From an uncultured Spirochaetota bacterium (GTDB taxonomy: Bacteria; Spirochaetota; Brevinematia; Brevinematales; JAOACQ01): 64,000 nucleotides of DNA. The notes below the pieces were generated by a model. It saw only the letters and a list, made by a program, of their open reading frames with translations, made no database searches and was not told where the DNA came from. Shown here piece by piece: positions 30,512 to 39,273 of this stretch. The stretch's first letter is position 1. Every line of letters begins with the position of its first letter. The DNA lies in NCBI GenBank assembly GCA_963783575.1, contig CAWAOD010000014.1, positions 416,001 to 480,000 of the forward strand. Direction: 5' to 3'. Position numbers and translations under genes: made by a program.

Positions 30512-32989
30512 TCATTCTTCCGGGCTGTTGTTACTCAGGCAAAGGAACATTGTGACTTCATTGCCGGATTTATTGTGCTTTACTTTGTTCATAAGCTTTT
30601 TGATCATATAAACACCTCTGCCCGACGGCTTAAGGATATTATTATCGTCAAGCGGATTCGGCAATTCATTGACTTTAAACCCGATGCCCTCATCCCTGAC
30701 CTTGAATACTATCCAGTTTGCAATAATGCGATAGATTATTGTAACTCGCCTCTGCACGTTGAATTTATTACCATGCTCGACAGCGTTAATAATCGCTTCG
30801 TATAAAGCCGTATAAAGCTTCCATTTATCTTCCTCTTCAAGATTTATTATATTGGAAATTGTAATACTCTCCATAATTTTAACAATAGCGTTGTCAATTT
30901 CAAGAACATTACTGGGTATTGAGAGGTGCTTCTTTAATGCCAGCTTTTTATTGAGTATAATCAAAAGCATACTTACATCATCATCAGTAAACTGCGAAGA
31001 GCTTTTTAAGATTTTCATATACATATCCGTCAAAATGTCTTTTGTCTGAAGGAATACACTTTTCTCGAAAATCTCAATCAAATCTTCGATTTTTATTAAA
31101 CGGTCTGGTTTCTTGAAAGTCAAGAGGCCATCAGTATAAAACAGTAATTTACAGCTTTCAGGCAACTGGACTTTTCTCATAATTTCTGAATATGAAATAT
31201 TTCTCTTTGTCCCCAATGGAAAAGTCAAGCCCTTTAAGACCTCGATAGTGTTGTTCTTATCGTCAAATACAAGAGGGAAGGGATGTCCGCAATTTATGTA
31301 CTGTATTGTATAATTCCTTGTATCTATTATTCCGAAAAAGAGGGTTATATATTGGTCTTCGGGAAGCACTTTAAGAATAAGCATATTCAGATAGCTGATC
31401 ATATCGTCAATCCTGTGCGGATCCTTTGGCGCGAACTCAATAATCATCTTAAGCATTGATGTAATAAGCGACGCCGAAACCCCATGTCCGGAAACATCCG
31501 CAATGATAATTCCCACATGAACATCATCGATCTGGATTATGTCGTAGAAATCACCGCCAAGCTGAGAAGAAGGCTTGAAAAATGTTTCGAAACGTATAAG
31601 AGAAGTATAGATCGGCGGTATGGATAAAATATGCTCCCAGATTCTCTTGGCTGTTGCCAATTCTTCTTCAATCATTTTGGTCTTTTCATCAAGCTGGACA
31701 TAAAGACGGTTCTCGAGGCTCACATCCTGGAAAATAGCCTCAATCAATTCATCCTCGCCTATTAATATTCTTTGCAAGTGAACGGAAAAAATCCGGTTGC
31801 CGTATTTATGCTTAAGCTGGAACTTAAAAAACAAAGTGCTCCTGTCTTCAATTTTCATAGCAATATCTTTAAAATCACTGTATGGAATATCAAAGAACTC
31901 CTGAAGATATTTTCCAAGAAGTTTCTCACTATCTGCAAAATCAAGCAGTGAAATAAAATTATCGTTAACAAGATATATAGAACCTTCCTGATTAACGATA
32001 ACCAGTCCTATCGGAAGTTCTTTCAGCAGTTTTTTGTATCTTTCCTCGGAAGCCTTCAGTTTATTAAAGAGAAGATGCTGGAGAGAATCGTCCAGTATAG
32101 TAAAAAGGCAGCCGCGTATCTGGCCTGTGTTGGAATAAAAAGGAATCCCTCTTACTTTTAAATTTTTATTCTGGAAATAAAAATCTTTTTCTTCTGTCTG
32201 CCCGCTCATAATTCTCAAGAATGTATCTTCTTCAATGAGCTGCTTTATATTTATCAATTCTCTTGAAAATAAATTCCCTATACCCTTATTAGGCTTGACA
32301 ATTTTTCCATCATCATCCGTTACGCACATGGCAACTGGATTTTTATAGAAAACACCGTCAAGGAATTCAAAATTTTCTTTATATTTTGTCGAAGTTTCTT
32401 CAAGGTAAAGTACTAAAAAAAGCTGCCTTTTAATGAAAAGTATGAATTTATCAAAAGTTTTATTTATATTTTTATATTTGTAAAAAAGAATGAAAAAATA
32501 ATGAACGCCTATAAAATCAAAATTAATAGGATAAACTTTGGCTTGATTCACAGAAATTTGTTCACTGTTAATGAGATAAAATACCGATGAGAAAGGTATG
32601 CATTCGTAATATTCCTCATAGATTCTACAATCGGAAGTATTCTCCACATTTTCAATACCGGAATATTTTTGAAAAAAAGAAATGATCCGTTCATCGCCGA
32701 TTAGCCTGTTATTTATAAAATCCTTTAATATTACGCCATCATAACGAAGTATCATAATTTTCCTGAACAATCCTGTTTGAATAATAATATTAAAGATCGA
32801 TTGGAGAAATTCATCAAAATTTAACAGTGATGTGAGTGAAGAAAATTGCTCCATAATTACGTTTTCAAATTTCTCCACCATTTTTTTTACAGGTTCCGGT
32901 TCTTTATTGATCGCTTTTGATATAAAAAAACCTGCGGTAAAACTAAGAACTGCTGAAAAGGCAGATATAACAATAATAAGCGGCATCAT
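30512..32989 (-). CDS. Membrane-anchored PAS-PAS-PP2C (SpoIIE/RsbU) phosphatase fused to an RsbW-type HATPase kinase domain
   Basis: N-terminal TM; two PAS-like segments; LGGDFYD, IADVSGHGV, NCGHP, YTDGL, DDVS (PP2C); EAIINAVEHGN, VRDEGIGF, SGRGVYMIK (RsbW). Confidence 0.9.
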   Translation of the reverse strand: MMPLIIVISAFSAVLSFTAGFFISKAINKEPEPVKKMVEKFENVIMEQFSSLTSLLNFDEFLQSIFNIIIQTGLFRKIMILRYDGVILKDFINNRLIGDERIISFFQKYSGIENVENTSDCRIYEEYYECIPFSSVFYLINSEQISVNQAKVYPINFDFIGVHYFFILFYKYKNINKTFDKFILFIKRQLFLVLYLEETSTKYKENFEFLDGVFYKNPVAMCVTDDDGKIVKPNKGIGNLFSRELINIKQLIEEDTFLRIMSGQTEEKDFYFQNKNLKVRGIPFYSNTGQIRGCLFTILDDSLQHLLFNKLKASEERYKKLLKELPIGLVIVNQEGSIYLVNDNFISLLDFADSEKLLGKYLQEFFDIPYSDFKDIAMKIEDRSTLFFKFQLKHKYGNRIFSVHLQRILIGEDELIEAIFQDVSLENRLYVQLDEKTKMIEEELATAKRIWEHILSIPPIYTSLIRFETFFKPSSQLGGDFYDIIQIDDVHVGIIIADVSGHGVSASLITSMLKMIIEFAPKDPHRIDDMISYLNMLILKVLPEDQYITLFFGIIDTRNYTIQYINCGHPFPLVFDDKNNTIEVLKGLTFPLGTKRNISYSEIMRKVQLPESCKLLFYTDGLLTFKKPDRLIKIEDLIEIFEKSVFLQTKDILTDMYMKILKSSSQFTDDDVSMLLIILNKKLALKKHLSIPSNVLEIDNAIVKIMESITISNIINLEEEDKWKLYTALYEAIINAVEHGNKFNVQRRVTIIYRIIANWIVFKVRDEGIGFKVNELPNPLDDNNILKPSGRGVYMIKKLMNKVKHNKSGNEVTMFLCLSNNSPEE

Positions 32990-33010
32990 AAACCTTTCGT
33001 CGGCAAAAAT

Positions 33011-33337
33011 TTAAACAATAGCTTCCAGATTATCGACAATATTAAAAAATTCATTTAAACGGAACGTTATAAATAAATCTTTGATATCTTTGTTCAATCC
33101 GGTAATATACAATTTACCTCCAAGATCATCCAGCCTTTTATAGGCTAACAGCAATTTGCCGATCCCGCTGCTGCCGATAAATACCATATCTGAAAAGTCA
33201 ATAATAATTTGTCTTTTTCCATCATCGATAAGAGAAGTTAATGCCTCTTTAAATTCCCTGGCATCAGGGTCCGTTACAAGATTTTCTTTAATTTTAATAA
33301 GGGTTTTACCCTTATAATCAATAACTTCGAATTTCAT
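33011..33337 (-). CDS. STAS-domain anti-sigma factor antagonist
   Basis: IIIDFSDMVFIGSSGIGKLL phosphoacceptor motif. ATG at 33337 with a GGGAG RBS is preferred over the track start at 33379. Confidence 0.9.
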   Translation of the reverse strand: MKFEVIDYKGKTLIKIKENLVTDPDAREFKEALTSLIDDGKRQIIIDFSDMVFIGSSGIGKLLLAYKRLDDLGGKLYITGLNKDIKDLFITFRLNEFFNIVDNLEAIV

Positions 33338-33423
33338 AATTAACTCCCATATCAGGTTTAATCTATCAATAATTTTCAATATAAATCATAAAAAGAAAAT
33401 TATTTTTAATCAAATTTTATAAC

Positions 33424-34794
33424 TTATACTCCGCCGATTAAAACATCTTTAACTACGATATGAGGGCTTCCTGTTCCTACAGGAAGACCGCTCTGTCCGC
33501 CTTTCCCGCATCCGCCCAGTCCGCCATGATGTTCAAGATCGCTTCCAACAACCGTTATATTTTGAAGTGTATTAAAAACGTTGCCTGTCAATACAACATC
33601 ACGGATCAATTCACCGATACTGCCGTTTTTTATCCGGTATGCGTAACCTGCGGAAAAAGTAAACATTTCAAGATTGGTCATTCCTCCAAGATAATCGATT
33701 GCATAGATCCCGTTATCTATAGTCGATAGAAGGTCTTCAAAATCATGATTGCATCTGTCAATATAAGTATTTGTCATACGGACTATAGGCTGGAAACCTG
33801 CACTTACCGAACGGGCATTGCCGGTCGGGGACTCATTCATCTTTTTTGCTGTTTCCCTGGAATGGAGCCTTGAATTAAGCCTGCCGTTTTTTATTAAAAA
33901 TGTTTTACCTGCTTTTACTCCTTCATCGTCATAAGGCGTATATCCGGCCAGCCCTACTAGCCCTCCGTCATCAATGATATTTAAGAATTCTGGGCCAAAC
34001 TGCCTGCCAAGTACCATCACTTCCTGCATTTTCGGGTTTTCATATAAAAAATCCGCTTCCGAGAGATGCCCGAAAGCCTCATGTGCAAAAACACCCGCCA
34101 AAGTTGGGTCTAACAGCACTTTATACTGGCCGGAATCGACCTTTTTTGCGGACAGCAGGTCAATGGCTCTTTTCTTTACTGCTTCAATATCCTGCTCAAG
34201 ACCGAATACAAGTTCCATTCCGCCGTACTGGCCGACAGAATTAAACGCCTGCTGAACATTCATGCCGTCTTTGGCCATTGCCCCATATGATAAACCGGTA
34301 AAAATCTTATGCTGATCAATGCATGAGCCTTCCGTATTTAGAAAATATTTGTCAGCCTTCCAGTCCATATAAGTTACTCTCGTAGATGCTATTTTTGGAT
34401 GCTTAAGGTTATCATTATACTTTTTTACAAGCTCATTTTTATCTTTCATTGCGATTGTTTCCGGTAAAATATTATAATCCGTATTTACCGTCTCTATAAT
34501 TGGTTCTTTAAATTTCGCAATACTACTTTTATTATCAGTTTTGTTCTTGCCCACAAGCCTTGCGTTCTGCTCCGCATAACTAATATTTTTATCAAAATCA
34601 AGATCATTAAAAGAGGCAAAACCCCATCCGCCGTTAACTAATGCCCTGACATTAGCCGATGATGTCTTCGATGAATTAATGACTTCAACGTTATTATTAG
34701 AATATACAATTCTTGTTGAAGTTAAGACTTCATAATGAATCTCACCGTAATCGGCATTGAGATTTTTGATTTTTTCCTTTAATTCCTGAATCAT
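33424..34794 (-). CDS. tldD: TldD family metalloprotease
   Basis: GVFAHEAFGHLSEAD, YDDEGV, TGNAR, PIVRMTNTYI, GGCGKGGQ. Confidence 0.92.
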   Translation of the reverse strand: MIQELKEKIKNLNADYGEIHYEVLTSTRIVYSNNNVEVINSSKTSSANVRALVNGGWGFASFNDLDFDKNISYAEQNARLVGKNKTDNKSSIAKFKEPIIETVNTDYNILPETIAMKDKNELVKKYNDNLKHPKIASTRVTYMDWKADKYFLNTEGSCIDQHKIFTGLSYGAMAKDGMNVQQAFNSVGQYGGMELVFGLEQDIEAVKKRAIDLLSAKKVDSGQYKVLLDPTLAGVFAHEAFGHLSEADFLYENPKMQEVMVLGRQFGPEFLNIIDDGGLVGLAGYTPYDDEGVKAGKTFLIKNGRLNSRLHSRETAKKMNESPTGNARSVSAGFQPIVRMTNTYIDRCNHDFEDLLSTIDNGIYAIDYLGGMTNLEMFTFSAGYAYRIKNGSIGELIRDVVLTGNVFNTLQNITVVGSDLEHHGGLGGCGKGGQSGLPVGTGSPHIVVKDVLIGGV

Positions 34795-34816
34795 ACCCGC
34801 TCCTAAGAAAACAAAT

Positions 34817-34860
34817 CAGGGACTGTTTTTACTGTCCAAAGGCAGCTTAACTGTCCCTGA
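34817..34860. terminator. Intergenic hairpin upstream of tldD
   Basis: TCAGGGAC...GTCCCTGA IR; the minus strand continues TTTGTTTT. Confidence 0.45.
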
Positions 34861-34864
34861 TATT

Positions 34865-35101
34865 TTATTTTTTCATTATTTCTCCAAGTAAACTCTCAAC
34901 CCTTTGAACTTCTTCCTCAAGATGATTTACTTTATTGGATACAATATGAAACCCTTCAATGATTTCCTTGCTTATTTTTTCCATAGTCTTCTCGACAGTT
35001 TCTACATGAGTTTTTGTATTAAGCACTCTGAATTCGAGCTTATCCATTTCCTGTTTTACTCCTTTGACCTTCTCCATTAATTCATCTAAACTTTTATCCA
35101 T
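34865..35101 (-). CDS. Small coiled-coil hypothetical protein
   Basis: Heptad-patterned 78-aa ORF; GGAGGG RBS before the ATG at 35101. Confidence 0.7.
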   Translation of the reverse strand: MDKSLDELMEKVKGVKQEMDKLEFRVLNTKTHVETVEKTMEKISKEIIEGFHIVSNKVNHLEEEVQRVESLLGEIMKK

Positions 35102-35219
35102 TTTACCCTCCAAATTTTAAGATAACTATATTATAACAGAAAAAATAAAATTTCAAATTTAAATTACCGCTCATTTCCAATCTGTTTTTTTCTCCTGTTC
35201 TTCCTACTTTTAGCGAATA

Positions 35220-36254
35220 TTACCATTTGGCTTCATGTTCCTCGGCAAATCCCGAAACAGAATCCAGTGTATAGACCCTTCTTCCTTCCGACAGTGTCCC
35301 GGAGAAATTCCCGAAAAGTTGATGGTACCTGCTTGAGATAAGTAAATAATTCTGTATAGAAGACCTTTCGCCCTCCGGATGAAATGAAAGATTTACTTTA
35401 CCGTCGTTTGTAACTATCATCCATTGTGAAAGAAGGTGCAGGTCGTCATACCTAAAATCAACACTGCCGGTTTTTATTAATTTGCCGTCAATCCAGAAAG
35501 CATTTTCAGTAAAACCGGTTTCATTCACACCCTGTGAAAAATTGAAGCCGATTTTTCTGCCTTTTTTGTCAAGCCCGCCTCCCGAAGCCCAATTCCAGAA
35601 TGTTTTCCGCCCTAAATAACCGAATGTATAATCCGCAACTCCTGATGGAACTTTTTCATCAATCTGGAATATTTTTTCAAATAGTTTTAATGTTCCGGAA
35701 ACCGGAATACCGGCTTCTTTATTAGTATAATTGAAACCCTTTAACCCTACCCTTGTTACTAAACTTAATTGTTCTTTGGAATTTAAAAAACGGAGATTGG
35801 CATCCAACTCATTTTTCACTGACGCTTTCAATAATATTTCATCATTTTTCAATTCAATTTTAGCATTTATATCTTTATCAATAAAATCTACATTACCATT
35901 GACAAAACTTCCGTCAAAAAAAGTATGAATTGCAAACGGCTGATTTATGCCGTATTCATTCAATTTCTTTTCTTTCCTGTCAAAAATGTTAACAAAAAAA
36001 TTACTTAGATAACCCAGATGGATTACCGCAATACCGAATATAATATCTTCAGTACAAACGCCTAGGTAAAGCCATCTCTTTATCCGGAAGCCTGTGATGA
36101 TTCCCCTTTCGATCAAAGTAATATCCGGCCTGCCATGCGGCCTGAAATCCTCAATATTAAGATTGTTTAACGGTAATCTATGTAATCCAAATGTCGGTCT
36201 TCCGCCGCTTCCTATTAGATTGGTTTCTTCCCTGAACCTCATGAATAGCCTCAC
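35220..36254 (-). CDS. DUF2804 family protein
   Basis: KRWLY, YTNK, D...GYL.R.TFWNWAS, GFNFS, TENAFWIDG, YHQLFGNFSG, GFAEEHEAKW C-terminus. Confidence 0.8.
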   Translation of the reverse strand: MRLFMRFREETNLIGSGGRPTFGLHRLPLNNLNIEDFRPHGRPDITLIERGIITGFRIKRWLYLGVCTEDIIFGIAVIHLGYLSNFFVNIFDRKEKKLNEYGINQPFAIHTFFDGSFVNGNVDFIDKDINAKIELKNDEILLKASVKNELDANLRFLNSKEQLSLVTRVGLKGFNYTNKEAGIPVSGTLKLFEKIFQIDEKVPSGVADYTFGYLGRKTFWNWASGGGLDKKGRKIGFNFSQGVNETGFTENAFWIDGKLIKTGSVDFRYDDLHLLSQWMIVTNDGKVNLSFHPEGERSSIQNYLLISSRYHQLFGNFSGTLSEGRRVYTLDSVSGFAEEHEAKW

Positions 36255-36349
36255 TTTTTATCTAAAGCCAGTTTAAATTATATACCTTAATAATAAAAAT
36301 GTAAAAACAATGATGAGGGACGAAAATGGGTTAACAGGCAGAAAATAAT

Positions 36350-36384
36350 AAATTTTGCATATTACTGAAATAATAATTAGAATA
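36350..36384 (+). promoter_or_regulatory. Sigma70 promoter, copy 1 of a 35-bp direct repeat
   Basis: AAATTTTGCATATTACTGAAATAATAATTAGAATA contains TTGCAT-N17-TAGAAT. Confidence 0.75.
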
Positions 36385-36406
36385 TTAAAAAAAGTAGGAG
36401 AACAAA

Positions 36407-37925
36407 GTGAAAGACCTTTTACAAGGTTTAATATTTCTTGTACTATTATTCAACTGCGCAACTTCAGGAATAGCCAATATCGGAAAAGTAAATCAATCAT
36501 TGATCCGGAATGGAGATTTTGGACAGGGAAAAGCTGGCTGGGATTTATGGGTTTCTAACTCCGCTAAGGCTGATTTTAAAGTCAGTGAAGAAAAAGCTTC
36601 CATCAATATTTCGTCTTCCGGAGATAAACCATGGTCCATTATTCTGAACCAGGGTAATCATTTGATTGAAAAAGGGAAGGTCTACCAAGTGCATTTTACT
36701 GCAGCATCCAATCCCCCTTTGCGGATCAGCGTTCATGAGGGAATGTCAGTATCCCCTTATTACTTTTATTCCGGAGACAGGTTTTTTACCCTTACAACGA
36801 AAATGCAGGATTATTCCTTCACTTTTACCATGTGGCAGGAGACAGATTCAAAAAGCTCATTCCAGATTTTTCTCGGCTGTAAGGGAACGGGAAACATTTC
36901 TATTGACGATATCCAATTGACATGCCTGGGAAATGCGGCTGAGGACATCATTCCCACCAACTTTATCCGTCCCGAAAGCCCGGCTATGAAACGGGGAATC
37001 CAGTTCGAACTTCAGCTGGCGTCACCTTATGAAGGCGCCTATGCTCCGGAGTTCCGGGAAGAATATTTCAACTTCATAAAAAAAGACGGCCGATTCGACA
37101 ATATACGTCTTCCGGTCTGGTGGGAATACCATACTCAGAAAACCCCGCCTTATACCATCGATCCTGTTTTCATGAAGCGGGTTGACTGGGCGGTAAGCAG
37201 TTCCCTCAGCCGTGGATTTTTCACCATCCTCAATATGCACTGGTTCAGGGAGTTTGAAAAAAATCCTGTCGGGAATAAAGCCCAGTATCTGGCCACCTGG
37301 AAGCAGATTGCGGAATATTTTAAGGATTATTCCGACTATCTGTATTTTGATATCTTCAACGAGCCGAATGGAAACCTTGATAATTATTGGAATCAGTATT
37401 TAGCGGAGTGTTACGATCTGATCCGTCAGTCAAATCCAACCCGGACCATTATCATTTCCGGATTTTTCTGGGCACATATGGAACAGATTCCCCAGCTTGT
37501 CCTTCCTAAAAGAATCCAGGATGACCCGAATATTATAGTCCAGTTCCACCCCTACACACCTCCTGATTTCTGTTTCCAGGGGCTCGATAGGGAATGGCTT
37601 TGAAGGCTTAAAGAATATCAGGTGGACCGGCAAATCCTCGGAAAAAAAGATGCTTACCGACCTTATGGATGGTGTTCAGGCCTGGGCGAGAAAAAACAAC
37701 AACGTTAAATTGTGGGCAGGAGAGTTCTGCGCACAGGCGGCAGCTCCGGTAGCGGGAGGCTCCTTGCGGGAAGACAGGCTTTTATGGGTTCGTTTTATGA
37801 GGGAAGAACTGGAAAAGCGGAATATCCCCTGGAATTACTACGATTTCAGCGAAGAAGGCTGCAAGGTATACGATATCCAAACAGGCGCCTGGGATGAGGA
37901 ACTGATGAAAGCCCTGACTCGATAA
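36407..37925 (+). CDS. Exported CBM4/9-like + GH5 glycoside hydrolase, split by a +1 frameshift at GGGG 37579-37582
   Basis: Signal/lipobox LFNC; IRNGDF CBM4_9-like module; NIRLPVWW, ILNMH, IFNEP (acid/base), FHPY. The downstream frame has WAGEF (nucleophile) and IPWNYYDF. Removing one G joins the frames (FQGSIGNGFEGLKNIRWTG). Confidence 0.85.
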
Positions 37926-38000
37926 TAAATCTTTACAGTTCATATTTCAGGTTTCTCCCGAACAGAGTAATCGAGCCGGGCGAGCGTGTGGAAATTTTAA

Positions 38001-38035
38001 AAATTTTGCATATTACTGAAAAAATAATTAGAATA
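38001..38035 (+). promoter_or_regulatory. Sigma70 promoter, copy 2 of a 35-bp direct repeat
   Basis: AAATTTTGCATATTACTGAAAAAATAATTAGAATA; 34/35 identical to 36350-36384. Confidence 0.75.
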
Positions 38036-38059
38036 ATATAAAGAAATTGAGAGGGCCAT

Positions 38060-39184
38060 ATGAAGCATAATGATGAGGTAAACCTTTATATAATCAATTA
38101 TAAAGAGGAAATAAATGCCGTCTATTTGTATGAACGTCTTGAAAAAAATGAAAAAAACGAATCTATTAAGCTTATTTATAAAAAACTAGCCGATACTGAA
38201 CGAAAACATGCCGCTTTGTGGCAGAAGAAAATTGAGGATGCCGGATACAATATCCCCGCTGCTGTTCCGGGCTGGCGGACAAAAATTCTCGGGTGGCTGG
38301 CTGAAAGATTCAAACCGGGTTTTGTGATTCCCACTCTTGCGGGTATCGAAAGCTCAGCCGCTTCCGGATACGAAGGCCAGCCTGATGCTGAAAAAGCGGG
38401 ACTGCCTGCGGAAGAGCGTTCCCATGCAAGGATATTCAATTATCTTGCGCAGACAACTGCAGGGCTTGACGGCAATTCTGTCGCCCATTTTGAGGGAAGG
38501 CACAAGGCAGGGGGAGGAAATGCCCTCCGCGCAGGCGTGCTTGGCGCAAATGACGGTCTTGTTTCGATTTTCAGCCTTTTAATGGGCGTTGCAGGAGCGG
38601 GTGTTCCATCAAAAGGCATTCTTATTACCGGCTTTGCAGGACTTCTGGCCGGAGCCTTATCGATGGCCCTGGGGGAATGGCTTTCGGTGCAGAGTTCGCG
38701 GGAACTTTATCTAAACCAGATTTCAATTGAACAGAAAGAATTGCAGGATTCTCCGCAGGAAGAACTTGAGGAACTCTCTTTAATTTACCAGGCTAAAGGT
38801 ATGGATAGCGATTCGGCAAGAAACCTGGCCAAGAAATTACTGTTAAACGAAAAATCCGCCCTGGACACTCTCTCGCGTGAAGAACTTGGCATAAACCCCG
38901 ATGAACTCGGGGGATCGGCCTGGGAGGCGGCTTTTACATCCTTCTGCCTGTTTTCGGTGGGGGCAATTATTCCGGTTCTGCCTTTCATATTTTTATCAGG
39001 AACTTTAGGAATAATCGTAAGCATTGCTGCATCAATATGCGGATTATTCATTATCGGGGCTTTTATTACTCTCTTGACCGGTAAAAATCCTGTATTATCA
39101 GGCGTCAGACAGGTATTGATCGGACTTGCAGCTTCGGCCGTAACTTTTACAATCGGAAGGCTCCTGGGAGTAAATTTAAGCTGA
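38060..39184 (+). CDS. VIT1/CCC1 family metal transporter with N-terminal ferritin/rubrerythrin-like domain
   Basis: ExxH motifs (ERKH, ERSH); LRAGVLGANDGLVS, AGALSMALGEWLSV, REELG. Confidence 0.9.
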   Translation: MKHNDEVNLYIINYKEEINAVYLYERLEKNEKNESIKLIYKKLADTERKHAALWQKKIEDAGYNIPAAVPGWRTKILGWLAERFKPGFVIPTLAGIESSAASGYEGQPDAEKAGLPAEERSHARIFNYLAQTTAGLDGNSVAHFEGRHKAGGGNALRAGVLGANDGLVSIFSLLMGVAGAGVPSKGILITGFAGLLAGALSMALGEWLSVQSSRELYLNQISIEQKELQDSPQEELEELSLIYQAKGMDSDSARNLAKKLLLNEKSALDTLSREELGINPDELGGSAWEAAFTSFCLFSVGAIIPVLPFIFLSGTLGIIVSIAASICGLFIIGAFITLLTGKNPVLSGVRQVLIGLAASAVTFTIGRLLGVNLS

Positions 39185-39273
39185 GTTTGTCATTTCGAAC
39201 TGAGTCGAGTGATGTATTTATTTAATAAAAAAATTGGGATATAAGATTGTTCATTTTTTTAGAGGGGAAATAA

